The notes below the pieces were generated by a model. That model made no database searches. It saw only the letters and a list, made by a program, of their open reading frames with translations, and was not told the DNA's origin. The position numbers were made by a program, and so were the translations under genes. Positions 30,234 through 40,690 of a stretch of 64,000 nt of DNA are shown here, in pieces (positions within the stretch are counted from its first letter, which is position 1; every line of letters starts with the position of its first letter). Source of the DNA: Spirochaetaceae bacterium (GTDB lineage: Bacteria > Spirochaetota > Spirochaetia > DSM-2461); NCBI GenBank assembly GCA_051531975.1, contig JAOPTT010000010.1, forward strand, positions 128,001 to 192,000. The letters run 5' to 3'.

Positions 30234-31489
30234 TTATTAGCTTATCTCTTTTATCTTTTAATATTCATTCAGAACCAATTTTAGGGAAGATACATCAGAA
30301 ATTCTTAAAAAACGAAAGTAACTACCCTACTTCAACATATAAAACTCAAAATATTTACAAACAGTTAAAAATTTATAATTTTAATATAGATATCCCAAGG
30401 GTTATTAAACAATATGAAAAAAACAGCCCTAAAATTTGGGAAAAATATCTGAATATAACCTATAACAGATTTTTACCATATCGTGATTATATAATAAAAG
30501 AAGCTGAAAAACAAAATATACCCTACGAATTGATCTATCTGCCAATAATTGAATCTGGAGCATCGTCAATGGCTACAAGTAGACGGGGGGCAACAGGGCT
30601 TTGGCAGTTTATGGCAAATAGTAGTGGTGCTTATAACATGAAAACAACTGATTGGTTAGACGAAAGAAGAGATTTTACAAAGTCTACAATTGGGGCTTTA
30701 TCAAAGTTGAAATATAATTATAAAGTAACTGGTGATTGGTTATTGGCTCTTGCGGCATATAATTGTGGTCTAAGTAGAGTAAAAAAAGTCGTTAAAAAAA
30801 CTGGTATATCAGATTTCTGGGAGTTAGCAGAAAAAAATCTACTACCCAGGGAGACTATCAATTATATTCCTAAATTTCTATTAATAAGTTCTCTATTACA
30901 AGAAAAAAATAGATTTAATATCCCAATTAATTGGGAGCAAAAGAGTTGGTCAGAAGTAGATTTATCAAGGGCTGTTGATATTCGACTTTTAGCTAACAAA
31001 GCTGATATTCCTTTTAAAATACTAAAAGAAGCAAATAGCGAGTTGATATATAATGTTACACCACCAATAAATACAAACTATAAACTGAAAGTTCCATCAG
31101 AATATACCGATAAGATATTAGGTGCTCTACAAAGCCAAGAGAAACTAATGGAATTTTATAGATATAAAGTTAAATCTGGAGATACATTATCAGAAATAGG
31201 ATATCATTATGGTATTTCTACTCGAAACTTAATTAGTTATAATCCTGGTGTATCTGCAAGAAATTTAAGAATTGGAAAAACTATAATTATTCCTGCAATA
31301 AAAGAAGTAGAGCCTATGGAGAAATATAAAAGTAAAGGCCCTTTTAAAAATGATTACATAGTTAAAGATGGTGATACATTATGGGGAATTTCTTTAATGT
31401 TTGATACAACAGTAGAGGAGATCGCAATAAACAGCGGTTTTGGTATTAATAGTTATATAAAAGAAGGCATGAGTCTAAAGGTTCCATAA
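30200..31489 (+). CDS. mltD: Lytic murein transglycosylase with two LysM domains (MltD-like)
   Basis: LPIIES, ATGLWQFM, LAAYNCG, ETINYIPK; LysM motifs YKVKSGDTL and YIVKDGDTL. Start ATG 30200 lies 6 nt after GGAGG. Confidence 0.88.
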   Translation: MGRNIPWRKALIISLSLLSFNIHSEPILGKIHQKFLKNESNYPTSTYKTQNIYKQLKIYNFNIDIPRVIKQYEKNSPKIWEKYLNITYNRFLPYRDYIIKEAEKQNIPYELIYLPIIESGASSMATSRRGATGLWQFMANSSGAYNMKTTDWLDERRDFTKSTIGALSKLKYNYKVTGDWLLALAAYNCGLSRVKKVVKKTGISDFWELAEKNLLPRETINYIPKFLLISSLLQEKNRFNIPINWEQKSWSEVDLSRAVDIRLLANKADIPFKILKEANSELIYNVTPPINTNYKLKVPSEYTDKILGALQSQEKLMEFYRYKVKSGDTLSEIGYHYGISTRNLISYNPGVSARNLRIGKTIIIPAIKEVEPMEKYKSKGPFKNDYIVKDGDTLWGISLMFDTTVEEIAINSGFGINSYIKEGMSLKVP

Positions 31490-32326
31490 ATGAATATAAA
31501 ACTTTCTATTATTTTATTATTTTTAAATTTCATAGCTTTTGCATCGGAAGATCCAAATGCTGCTATATGGAATAAAACAATTAATTGGGAAAAAAACAGA
31601 ATAGACATTCACATAAAAACTCCATTAAAAAACAGTGAATCAACATTGGCTTATAAAAGACTTAAAGCAGAAAACTGGATTAATGATAATCTTACAGATA
31701 TATTTTTTAAAAACATATTAGATATACAGATCAATTCATTGGACACCGTTTCTGAAATAATAAATAAAAAACCTGAAATATATTTTAAACTAGATAACCT
31801 TGGAGAAAGTATAGAATCAAAAACTAATGTTTTATCTACTAATCTTGAATATTTGGATTCAGTATATTCTTTTTCTATTTATCCAGATTTTGTAAATGTA
31901 TTTTATACTAACTCTAACCATAATAAAGTTCCAAAAAAACTTGACCATTTAGATTATGGAGATTTTTCAGGATTAATTATATATGTTCCAGAGGGTATCC
32001 CTTCATATAAAAAACAGGACAAAGCATCTTTAACTAAAGTACTGTTTCCAAGAATATTTGATGAAGATATGAATTTAATCATGGACTTATCTATGGTTGA
32101 GCCGGAATATATGAAAAAATGGGGAATGGTTATTTATGGGAATAGTTTTGATGAAAACTTATATCAAAAAAGAATTGGAATATCTCCACTAAGAATAATA
32201 GCTAAGGGTCTCTTTGGTACTAATAATAGTGATATTATAATATCTAAAGAAGAAGCTGATAAACTAATTGGCTCTACTAAAAATTTAAATATTATATCCC
32301 AATCTAGAATATTAATAATCAATTAA
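31490..32326 (+). CDS. Hypothetical exported protein
   Basis: Signal peptide (AFA); directly abuts the mltD stop; no recognised catalytic motif. Confidence 0.75.
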   Translation: MNIKLSIILLFLNFIAFASEDPNAAIWNKTINWEKNRIDIHIKTPLKNSESTLAYKRLKAENWINDNLTDIFFKNILDIQINSLDTVSEIINKKPEIYFKLDNLGESIESKTNVLSTNLEYLDSVYSFSIYPDFVNVFYTNSNHNKVPKKLDHLDYGDFSGLIIYVPEGIPSYKKQDKASLTKVLFPRIFDEDMNLIMDLSMVEPEYMKKWGMVIYGNSFDENLYQKRIGISPLRIIAKGLFGTNNSDIIISKEEADKLIGSTKNLNIISQSRILIIN

Positions 32327-32362
32327 GTATAATCGTTAAAAACTCTTCTAGGAGATATAATA

Positions 32363-33643
32363 ATGCACAAAGTTAAAATGTTGCTAACATCCCTTTTATT
32401 AATATTATCACTATATTCCTGTACCCGTTATATTGGTTATGGAGTAGTACTTGTCCCAGAAGAAGATAGTGAATTAAAATCTGGTACATTAATAAAAATA
32501 ACTAAAGAGTCTAGGATTAGAGAAACTTGGGTTTATAATTCAGATGTCGAAGAACATATAGAAATAAAAAAATGGCGAGTAAAAGATTATGAGAAGTTAG
32601 AACAAGCTGAAGAGTTTATAAAGAACTTTAGTGAATATAAAGATTATTATGCTATTTCAAATAGAAATAGTTTTAGTATGAGAGTAAAACCTGATCAATA
32701 TGCAGCCCTTGTTTATAGACTAAAAAACAATCAAAGAGTTAAAGTAATTGGTCGAAGTTCAGAAAAAGATGACTCGGTTGGAAGTTGGAATGAACATTGG
32801 TGGAATCTGATTACCCACGACGGTATTGAAGGTTGGAGTTATGGTTCTTATTTAAGTATTTATGATAATGGGAAAGTTATTCATACAAATGTAGAAGAAG
32901 ATGGACCTGAAATCGATAACTTTTTCAAAAGTGTTTGGAGACCATATTATTTTTGGGATATGCAAAAGTCAAGAAACATTGATTTAAATAAGTTCAAATC
33001 TAAATTTAAACTAGCAACTGACATTGATAACCGAGAGATAACAATATCAATGCCTGACCACTATGAGACATTTAAATTTACTGAGTTTAAAAGATCCGGG
33101 GATAATAATTATAATCTTATTGGATCTAACGTTCAGTTAGATTTTTCATATGGTGGAGCGGTTACAGTTATATACTCTGTAGATTCAAAATCCTATGAAA
33201 CAACATTTATTAATATGGCGGATAGTCTAGTGAATGAAATAATAAATACAGAATTAACTTCGAGAAAGATAAAATATAATGAATTCCTCTTCCAAGGTCC
33301 TAATTTTGAAAGTAAAGTATATGGAAAAATCACTTTTATAGATGGAAATAAATTTATTTGGGAAGATAAAGAAAATCTACTATCAAGACAATTATTAACT
33401 AATAATGCTGGAAATAGTGGAACAATTACATTTGATAACTTTTTAGGTGACGAAATAATGGGAATATACGAAGGGGTTATTACATTTGATTTTGGATCTA
33501 GACAAGAATTAACTTTTTTATATAACTTTGAATCTGGTGGACTTAAATTACTCTATCTTCCCTCTAAAAACATTAAAGCTAAAGTAGTAGAAACTGATGA
33601 TTTCTACAATCCTATACAACTCTTTTTTACAGGACAACAGTAG
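32363..33643 (+). CDS. SH3b-domain lipoprotein
   Basis: Lipobox LYSC; SH3_3-like MRVKPD...VKVIGRS...WWNLITHDGIEGWSYGSYL; SD AGGAG. Confidence 0.75.
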   Translation: MHKVKMLLTSLLLILSLYSCTRYIGYGVVLVPEEDSELKSGTLIKITKESRIRETWVYNSDVEEHIEIKKWRVKDYEKLEQAEEFIKNFSEYKDYYAISNRNSFSMRVKPDQYAALVYRLKNNQRVKVIGRSSEKDDSVGSWNEHWWNLITHDGIEGWSYGSYLSIYDNGKVIHTNVEEDGPEIDNFFKSVWRPYYFWDMQKSRNIDLNKFKSKFKLATDIDNREITISMPDHYETFKFTEFKRSGDNNYNLIGSNVQLDFSYGGAVTVIYSVDSKSYETTFINMADSLVNEIINTELTSRKIKYNEFLFQGPNFESKVYGKITFIDGNKFIWEDKENLLSRQLLTNNAGNSGTITFDNFLGDEIMGIYEGVITFDFGSRQELTFLYNFESGGLKLLYLPSKNIKAKVVETDDFYNPIQLFFTGQQ

Positions 33644-35569
33644 ATGACGACAGCTCAGGCAATAAATATTGGAATAGCATTTGGTGATAGAGATGTTTTA
33701 AAAGATGTGAATATAACATTAACTGATATCAGTAGAATTGCTCTATCTGGTGGGAATGGTAGTGGTAAATCTACATTGATGAAGATTCTTGCAGGTGTTA
33801 ATAGTCCAGATACTGGAACTGTTTCAATACCAAAGAATGCGAGGAACTACTATCTACCACAATCTGGTATAGTTTTTAAAGATAATACTCTGTTAGATGA
33901 AGCGGAAGAAGCATTTAATCATATTAAAGATCAAATTTTAGTTATGGATAAAATAGCAGAAGAGCTTACTCATTGTACCGAGGATAAACATGATAAACTA
34001 TTAGAAGATTATAATGATTTACATGAACATATTGTTGATAGTGGCTATTATTCTAGAGAAAACGATATAACAAGTATATTACAAGGACTAGGTTTTAAGT
34101 TAACTGAGTTTACTAAAAAAACATCAGAGTTCTCTGGTGGTTGGCAGATGAGAATAGCTCTAGCCAAAGCTCTACTAATGCGACCACAGCTTCTTTTATT
34201 AGATGAACCAACAAACTATTTAGATATTGAAGCAAGAGACTGGTTAGGAAGTTTTTTAAAGAACTTTACTGGTGGTGTTTTAATCGTAAGTCATGATAGA
34301 TTCTTTTTAGATCAGGTAGTTGATCATGTAGCAGAGTTATTTAGTGGAAAGTTAAAACTTTATAAAGGTAATTATTCTAAATATGAAAAATTAAGAGAGA
34401 TTGAGTTAGAAGAACTTCTTAGTTTATATAAAAAGCAGCAAGATGAAATTGCTAAACATGAAAACTTTATTAGAAGATTTAAATCAAAAGCATCTAAAGC
34501 AACCCAGGCTCAATCCCACGTAAAACAATTAGATAAAATAGAGAGAATAGAGATCCCATCTAGTATGCAAAAAATGCATATAAAGTTTCCTGATCCACCC
34601 CATAGTGGAAAAAACGTATTAACATTAGAAGATTTAAATAGATCCTATGGTTCTAGTAAAATAATCAATAACCTAGATCTTCACTTAGAAAAAGGTGAAA
34701 AGTTAGTTATTGCAGGGAAAAATGGTGCAGGAAAATCTACTCTACTTAGGGTTCTAGCAGGAGTTGATACTGAATATACAGGAAATTTCAGACTAGGAAC
34801 CGATGTAAAAGTTGGATATTTTTCTCAAGATCATGGTGAACATCTTGCACCAGAACATACAATTTTAGAAGAATTAGAAAATGAAAGTCCAACTGAATTA
34901 ATACCAAAGTTAAGAAGTCTTTTAGGAGCATTTTTATTCCAAGGTGACGATGTTTTTAAACACATAAGTATATTAAGTGGTGGTGAGAAAAATAGAGTAT
35001 CCCTATTAAAACTTCTATTAAAACCATTTAATCTGCTTATATTAGATGAGCCAACAAACCATTTAGACCTTATGTCTAAAGATGTTTTACTAGATGCATT
35101 AAAAGATTATAAAGGTACACTTATATTTGTATCCCATGATCGTTACTTTATCGAACGATTAGCAGGTAAAGTACTACACTTAGAAAATGGCACGCATAAG
35201 TTATATATTGGTGATTATAAGTATTATAAATGGAAATCTGAACAAGATATTAGTGTTGACTCTGAAGAGACCTTAGTAAAAGAAGTTAAGCAATCAAAAC
35301 TTAGCCGGGATGAAGATAAAAAGATAAAAAATCAGATCCAGAAACTTGAGAAGCTAGAAACAGAGTTAATGCATTTAATAGATATCCAAGGTGAAAAGAC
35401 CCAAGATCTTCATAAATTAATGGGTCTAGAAGAGAATTATAGTGATCAGGCTAAGGCTATTAAAATTCAGGACGATATTAAAATAAGCCAAGATAAAGAA
35501 GAGCAACTAACCATGGAATGGGAAGAGGCTTCTATGAAGCTTGAGGAAGCTAAAGAAAAAAGAGGTTAA
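33644..35569 (+). CDS. ABC-F family ATPase (ribosome-associated)
   Basis: Two NBDs (GGNGSGKST/FSGGW/LLDEPTN; GKNGAGKST/LSGGE/ILDEPTN), inter-NBD linker, C-terminal coiled coil, no TM segments. Confidence 0.95.
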   Translation: MTTAQAINIGIAFGDRDVLKDVNITLTDISRIALSGGNGSGKSTLMKILAGVNSPDTGTVSIPKNARNYYLPQSGIVFKDNTLLDEAEEAFNHIKDQILVMDKIAEELTHCTEDKHDKLLEDYNDLHEHIVDSGYYSRENDITSILQGLGFKLTEFTKKTSEFSGGWQMRIALAKALLMRPQLLLLDEPTNYLDIEARDWLGSFLKNFTGGVLIVSHDRFFLDQVVDHVAELFSGKLKLYKGNYSKYEKLREIELEELLSLYKKQQDEIAKHENFIRRFKSKASKATQAQSHVKQLDKIERIEIPSSMQKMHIKFPDPPHSGKNVLTLEDLNRSYGSSKIINNLDLHLEKGEKLVIAGKNGAGKSTLLRVLAGVDTEYTGNFRLGTDVKVGYFSQDHGEHLAPEHTILEELENESPTELIPKLRSLLGAFLFQGDDVFKHISILSGGEKNRVSLLKLLLKPFNLLILDEPTNHLDLMSKDVLLDALKDYKGTLIFVSHDRYFIERLAGKVLHLENGTHKLYIGDYKYYKWKSEQDISVDSEETLVKEVKQSKLSRDEDKKIKNQIQKLEKLETELMHLIDIQGEKTQDLHKLMGLEENYSDQAKAIKIQDDIKISQDKEEQLTMEWEEASMKLEEAKEKRG

Positions 35570-35572
35570 AAG

Positions 35573-36193
35573 TTGAAAATTAGAATTAAATATAATGCTC
35601 CAGTATCTTTAACTTTCATTATACTAAGCTCATTGATTCTTTTTCTAAATACCCATGTAAATGCATTTTTAATATCAGATTGGTTTACTGCAGATGGTAG
35701 AATGAGTTTCAATTATAGTGACCCAATGGGTTACATAAAATTTATATCCCATATCCTAGGACATACTGATATAGAGCACTTTTTAGGAAATGCAATTTAT
35801 TTAATTCTTTTAGGACCAATTCTAGAAGAGAAATATAAATCTTTAGTATTATTTGGTTTAATTATTACTACAGCTGTAATATCTAGTCTAATAAATGCTT
35901 TTTTTGTAGATACTTATATGCTTGGGGCAAGTGGAATTGTATATCTTTTTATTGTATTAGTTTCATTTACGAACATAGAAAAAGGGGAATTCCCCCTATC
36001 TGTTGTCGTCGTATTAGGTTTCTATATTTATAAAGAATTTACTAGAGAAGATGCTGGGAATATTTCGGTTTTAACCCATCTAGTCGGTGCTGTTACAGGA
36101 CTACTTTATGGATTATTAACAGTAATGGTAGGATTCTCGGGCTCTAATAAAAACAGAAGAGATAATTCTAACGATGTTACAGTGGTCAGGTAG
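35573..36193 (+). CDS. Rhomboid-family intramembrane serine protease
   Basis: HILGH...HFLGN, catalytic GASG, THLVGA. Confidence 0.88.
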   Translation: MKIRIKYNAPVSLTFIILSSLILFLNTHVNAFLISDWFTADGRMSFNYSDPMGYIKFISHILGHTDIEHFLGNAIYLILLGPILEEKYKSLVLFGLIITTAVISSLINAFFVDTYMLGASGIVYLFIVLVSFTNIEKGEFPLSVVVVLGFYIYKEFTREDAGNISVLTHLVGAVTGLLYGLLTVMVGFSGSNKNRRDNSNDVTVVR

Positions 36194-36263
36194 TAATATT
36201 ACTAGGAACTTTTGCTTAGATTAACAATTGATAAGAAACATTTAAACTGTTAAACTTCCTGTT

Positions 36264-37328
36264 ATGAAAATAGAACTTAAACTAGAAGGTATGGTAAGAA
36301 GATTTGCCGACCTAGAAAAATTAATTAGTGACCCTGACGTACTATCTGATCAAAAAAAATATAAAGACCTTATGGTTGAATATTCCCACCTAGGGGATAT
36401 AGTAAATGCTTATAATACATATAAAGATCTAGTCCAAAATATAGCAGAAGCAAAAGAGATGTTAGAAATGGAAGACGATGCTGAAATGAAAGATATGGCT
36501 CGTGAGGAATTAAAAGAGTTAGAAGCAAAAATTGATCCTCTTTTACAAGAACTTCAAATTCTACTGGTTCCTAAAGATCCACTAGATGGTAAAGATATTA
36601 TTATGGAAATTAGAGCAGGAACTGGTGGTGACGAAGCAGCATTATTTGCATCGGATCTGTTTAGAATGTACTCACGATATGCTGAACAAAGAAAATGGAA
36701 AGTTGATATTATGTCATCTAATGAGATTGAGTTAGGTGGATTTAAAGAGATAATTTTTTCTATATCTGGTAAAAACGTATATGCAAACCTTAGATACGAA
36801 AGTGGTGGACACCGAGTACAAAGGGTTCCAATTACTGATTCTAACGGGCGGATTCAGACATCAGCTGCAACTGTTGCAGTACTACCTGAAGCTGAAGAAG
36901 CCGATGTTGATATTAAACAAAATGACCTTAAGATCGATGTATTTAGATCCCAGGGTTGTGGTGGTCAGTCAGTAAATACAACAGACTCCGCAGTTAGAAT
37001 AACCCACCTTCCAACCGGTGTTGTTGTTACATGTCAGGATGAAAAATCTCAACTAAAAAACAAAACAAAAGCTATGAAAGTTCTTAGAAGTAGAATTTTA
37101 GAGGCCGAACAATTAAGAGTTCATTCAGAGAGAGCAGATCATAGAAAAGAACAAGTTGGTTCAGGTGATAGATCCCAAAGAATTAGAACATATAACTACC
37201 CTCAGGGTAGAGTAACGGATCACAGAATTAATCTAACTTTATATAAATTAGATTCGTTTATGCAAGGTAACTTAGACGAGATGTTTGGTGCATTAAAACT
37301 AAGTGCTCAAGAGGATGCTTTAAAGTAA
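36264..37328 (+). CDS. prfA: Peptide chain release factor 1
   Basis: [13 protein letters not shown]1-type PxT (VPIT), [11 protein letters not shown]; adjacent to prmC. Confidence 0.97.
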   Translation: MKIELKLEGMVRRFADLEKLISDPDVLSDQKKYKDLMVEYSHLGDIVNAYNTYKDLVQNIAEAKEMLEMEDDAEMKDMAREELKELEAKIDPLLQELQILLVPKDPLDGKDIIMEIRAGTGGDEAALFASDLFRMYSRYAEQRKWKVDIMSSNEIELGGFKEIIFSISGKNVYANLRYESGGHRVQRVPITDSNGRIQTSAATVAVLPEAEEADVDIKQNDLKIDVFRSQGCGGQSVNTTDSAVRITHLPTGVVVTCQDEKSQLKNKTKAMKVLRSRILEAEQLRVHSERADHRKEQVGSGDRSQRIRTYNYPQGRVTDHRINLTLYKLDSFMQGNLDEMFGALKLSAQEDALK

Positions 37329-37330
37329 TA

Positions 37331-38167
37331 GTGGATATAAGAGAATTAATTAACAGAGGGGCTGTTCTACTAAAAAATAACTCAGAATCCCCTAGGTTAG
37401 ATTCTAATCTTTTATTAGCATCGACCTTAGGAATGGATAGAGCCAAACTATTGGCCTCTTATCCTGATGTTGTATCCAAGGACAAAGAAACCATTTTTTT
37501 GGATCTAATAAACAGACGAAGTGATGGTTTTCCTGTGTCCTATCTGCTAAATGAAAAAGAATTTTATGGGCAGATCTTTTATATTGAAGAGGGAGTACTT
37601 ACACCTAGGCCTGATACTGAGATTTTAGTAGAAACAACACTTAACCTAATAGACAAACATAATTTAAAAACTGCTTTAGACATGTGCACCGGAACAGGTT
37701 GTATTGCCATTTCATTACAAAATGAACAACCAGAACTTAATGTTATAGCAACAGATATATCCCCTATTGCAGAGAAAGTTTTTGGAATAAATAACAAAAA
37801 ACTAGTTAATAACAAAGTTAATTTTATTCATTCAAACTTATTTCAAAATCTTGATGGAAGACATTTTGATATAATTGCAACAAACCCACCTTATTTAACT
37901 AAAAAAGAGACAGATGATCGTATAGACATAGGTTGGAAAGAGCCAGCCTTAGCCTTAGATGGTGGAGATGATGGATTAGATCTAGTGAGAGATATAATAA
38001 AAGATTCACCAAAGTACTTAAATAAAAATGGGTGGTTGTTAATTGAAGCAGCTTCAGCCCAAATGTTAAATATGAAAGATGAAATGGAAAAAAACAGTTA
38101 TACCAATATAGAGGTTTATAAAGACCTTGCAGGATTAGAAAGAATTATAGTAGGTCAACATGAGTAA
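37331..38167 (+). CDS. prmC: Release factor glutamine methyltransferase
   Basis: PRPDTE, DMCTGTG, NPPY, EPALALDGG. Confidence 0.96.
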   Translation: MDIRELINRGAVLLKNNSESPRLDSNLLLASTLGMDRAKLLASYPDVVSKDKETIFLDLINRRSDGFPVSYLLNEKEFYGQIFYIEEGVLTPRPDTEILVETTLNLIDKHNLKTALDMCTGTGCIAISLQNEQPELNVIATDISPIAEKVFGINNKKLVNNKVNFIHSNLFQNLDGRHFDIIATNPPYLTKKETDDRIDIGWKEPALALDGGDDGLDLVRDIIKDSPKYLNKNGWLLIEAASAQMLNMKDEMEKNSYTNIEVYKDLAGLERIIVGQHE

Positions 38168-40187
38168 CTTGATAACAGAAAACGACATAGATTCAATATT
38201 AGTAGAGCTTCAGAGTCATTTAAATATTTATACTGATATAGAAAAAACAGAGATAATGAAGGCTGCGACCTGGGCTGTAAACCAACATAAAGGACAGTTA
38301 AGAGCGAGTGGAGAACCATATATTATCCATCCAATATCTGTTGCAGAGACTCTAATAAAATTAAAAATGGATGTTCCCACAGTTGTGGGAGGTCTATTAC
38401 ACGACGTAATTGAAGATACAACAATTTCCGAAGCTGAATTTACCAAATTATTTGGTGCAGAAGTTACAGCTCTTGTTAATGGTGTAACAAAAATTAGTAT
38501 TGTTAATGCTGAGAGTAAAAGTATACAGGAATCAGAGACTATTAGAAAAATGTTTTTAGCTATGGTTAAAGATATTAGAGTAATACTTATTAAACTAGCA
38601 GATAAAAAGCATAACATGAGTACACTGCATTTTTTAAGACCGGAGAAACAGCAAAGAATAGCCAGAGAATGTTTAGATATATATGCACCTTTAGCAGGAA
38701 AGCTTGGTATTTATGGTCTTAAATCAGAACTAGAAGATGCATCACTTAAATACCTTGATAAAGAAACTTACCATGAAATAAAAACTTTTATATCAGATAA
38801 AAAAAGAAAAAGACAACAGTTCTTGGCAAGAATAGAACAAAATATAATAGATGCTTCTAAAGAGCAGGGTATAACCATTAATGTTAAATCTAGAGCAAAA
38901 CATTTTTACTCCATTTATAATAAAATGGTTAATAAACAGAAAGATCTAGTTGATATATATGATCTATTAGGTGTTAGAATACTATGCTCAACAACATTTG
39001 AGTGTTATAACATATTGGGACTAGTACATAGTTTATGGAGCCCTATTGCAGGAAGATTTAAAGATTATATTGCTATGCCTAAAGAGAATAACTACCAAAG
39101 TCTACATACAACTGTAATGGGTGAAAAAGGTAAAACTTTCGAAGTACAGATTAGAACTTTTAAAATGAATCAAACTGCAGAATTTGGTATTGCTGCACAC
39201 TGGTTATATAAAGAGGGAAAAAAAGATGGCCATATTAAGGCATCTGATCTTGCAGTAATTAATAAATTAAAAACTTGGAAAGATGTTAATATCGATTCAG
39301 TAGAGTATTTAAATACGGTTATGGGGGATCTACTTCAAGATTCTATATATGTCTATACTCCTAAAGGTGAGATTATAGAGCTACCTAAAGGTGCCACAGC
39401 CCTAGATTTTGCATATCATATACATACTCAAATTGGTGATACATGTGTAGGAGCAAAAGCAAATAATAAAATTATACCATTAACCAAACCTCTAAAAAAT
39501 ACTCAGATTATATCGGTAATGACATCTCCAAATGCCCACCCCCATGTAAACTGGTTAAAACATGTTAAAACTGCAAGAGCCAAAAGTAAAATTAGAAACT
39601 GGTTAAATACTCATCATGAAACTGTTCATGCTGAAAAAAGTATTATTGTTGATAACTCAAAAACAAAACCAATTAAAGAAGAGCACTTTGAAACCTTTGT
39701 GGATAAGGTAGAATTAGTAGAACATCAGGAAGTACATAATAGTGATACCAGTTCTATTATTATTGGAGATGAAACAAACCTTCTTGTTAGCTTTGCAAAT
39801 TGTTGTCACCCTGTTATTGGGGATCAAATAGTAGGATTTGTCTCTAGAGGTCGTGGTGTTATTGTACATAAAAAGAACTGCCCTAACCTACCAGGAATAA
39901 ATGAGTTTAAAGAGCGAGAGATTCATATATCATGGGAAGCAGAAAGTCTAAATACAGTTAGAAAGTGTCGGGTAACAGCCCAAAGAACCCCGGGTATTTT
40001 TAGTGAAATAGAAGGTACCCTAAAAAAATATAGAGCACATCTGATTTCTGGTGTGTTAGATGAGAATGATAGAGGAATGTTAGAAGGAAATTTTACAATT
40101 GAACTCGCAAGTGGGGATGATTTTAAAAAAATACTTAAAAACATCCGAGCTATACCTTCAATTAATTTAGTACAGGAAATAAAATAA
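38160..40187 (+). CDS. rel: Long bifunctional (p)ppGpp synthetase/hydrolase (HD-SYNTH-TGS-ZFD-ACT)
   Basis: RASGEPY, HDVIED, RFKDY, YQSLH, EVQIRT, TGS DFAYHIHT, CCHP...HKKNC. Confidence 0.95.
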   Translation: MSNLITENDIDSILVELQSHLNIYTDIEKTEIMKAATWAVNQHKGQLRASGEPYIIHPISVAETLIKLKMDVPTVVGGLLHDVIEDTTISEAEFTKLFGAEVTALVNGVTKISIVNAESKSIQESETIRKMFLAMVKDIRVILIKLADKKHNMSTLHFLRPEKQQRIARECLDIYAPLAGKLGIYGLKSELEDASLKYLDKETYHEIKTFISDKKRKRQQFLARIEQNIIDASKEQGITINVKSRAKHFYSIYNKMVNKQKDLVDIYDLLGVRILCSTTFECYNILGLVHSLWSPIAGRFKDYIAMPKENNYQSLHTTVMGEKGKTFEVQIRTFKMNQTAEFGIAAHWLYKEGKKDGHIKASDLAVINKLKTWKDVNIDSVEYLNTVMGDLLQDSIYVYTPKGEIIELPKGATALDFAYHIHTQIGDTCVGAKANNKIIPLTKPLKNTQIISVMTSPNAHPHVNWLKHVKTARAKSKIRNWLNTHHETVHAEKSIIVDNSKTKPIKEEHFETFVDKVELVEHQEVHNSDTSSIIIGDETNLLVSFANCCHPVIGDQIVGFVSRGRGVIVHKKNCPNLPGINEFKEREIHISWEAESLNTVRKCRVTAQRTPGIFSEIEGTLKKYRAHLISGVLDENDRGMLEGNFTIELASGDDFKKILKNIRAIPSINLVQEIK

Positions 40188-40690
40188 TGGAATTAAATAT
40201 AGTATTACATGAACCAGAAATACCTCAAAATACAGGAAATATAGCTAGAACATGCGCTGCTGTTGGAGCGAGCCTTCACCTAATCGAACCACTTGGTTTC
40301 AAAATTGATGAAAAAAGTGTTCGAAGAGCTGGTCTTGATTATTGGGACAAACTAGGGGTTAAAACATATAAAAATCTAGATGAGTTTTTTTTATTAAATC
40401 CTGATGGGCAATATGTATTTGGAACCACAAAAGCAAGAATAAATCATACACAGATAAAATATCAAAAAAAATGTTATATCTTTTTTGGTAAGGAGTCAAA
40501 AGGTTTACCAGAGGAATTATTAACTAAATATCCGGAAGGATGTGTAAGAATTCCTATGAAAAGCGAGTTAAGATCATTAAATTTATCTAACTGTGCTGCT
40601 ATAATGGCATATGAAGCTTTAAGACAAAATAATTTTGAGTCTCTTAGCTCCGAGGGAAATCTTCATAATTTAAGTTGGGACGAGAATTGA
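40187..40690 (+). CDS. trmL: tRNA (cytidine/uridine34-2'-O)-methyltransferase
   Basis: PEIPQNTGNIARTC, RRAGLDYW, FGKESKGL, RSLNLSN. Confidence 0.95.
   Translation: MELNIVLHEPEIPQNTGNIARTCAAVGASLHLIEPLGFKIDEKSVRRAGLDYWDKLGVKTYKNLDEFFLLNPDGQYVFGTTKARINHTQIKYQKKCYIFFGKESKGLPEELLTKYPEGCVRIPMKSELRSLNLSNCAAIMAYEALRQNNFESLSSEGNLHNLSWDEN

Noticed and set aside
36264..37328. Programmed frameshift as in prfB
   Set aside because: The gene is RF1 (PxT motif) with an uninterrupted frame.
12084..40686. ORF-track starts at 12084, 16204, 21961, 26635, 30194 and 40675
   Set aside because: Downstream starts (12096, 16267, 21985, 26641, 30200, 40687) fit SD position, promoter spacing or stop/start coupling better.
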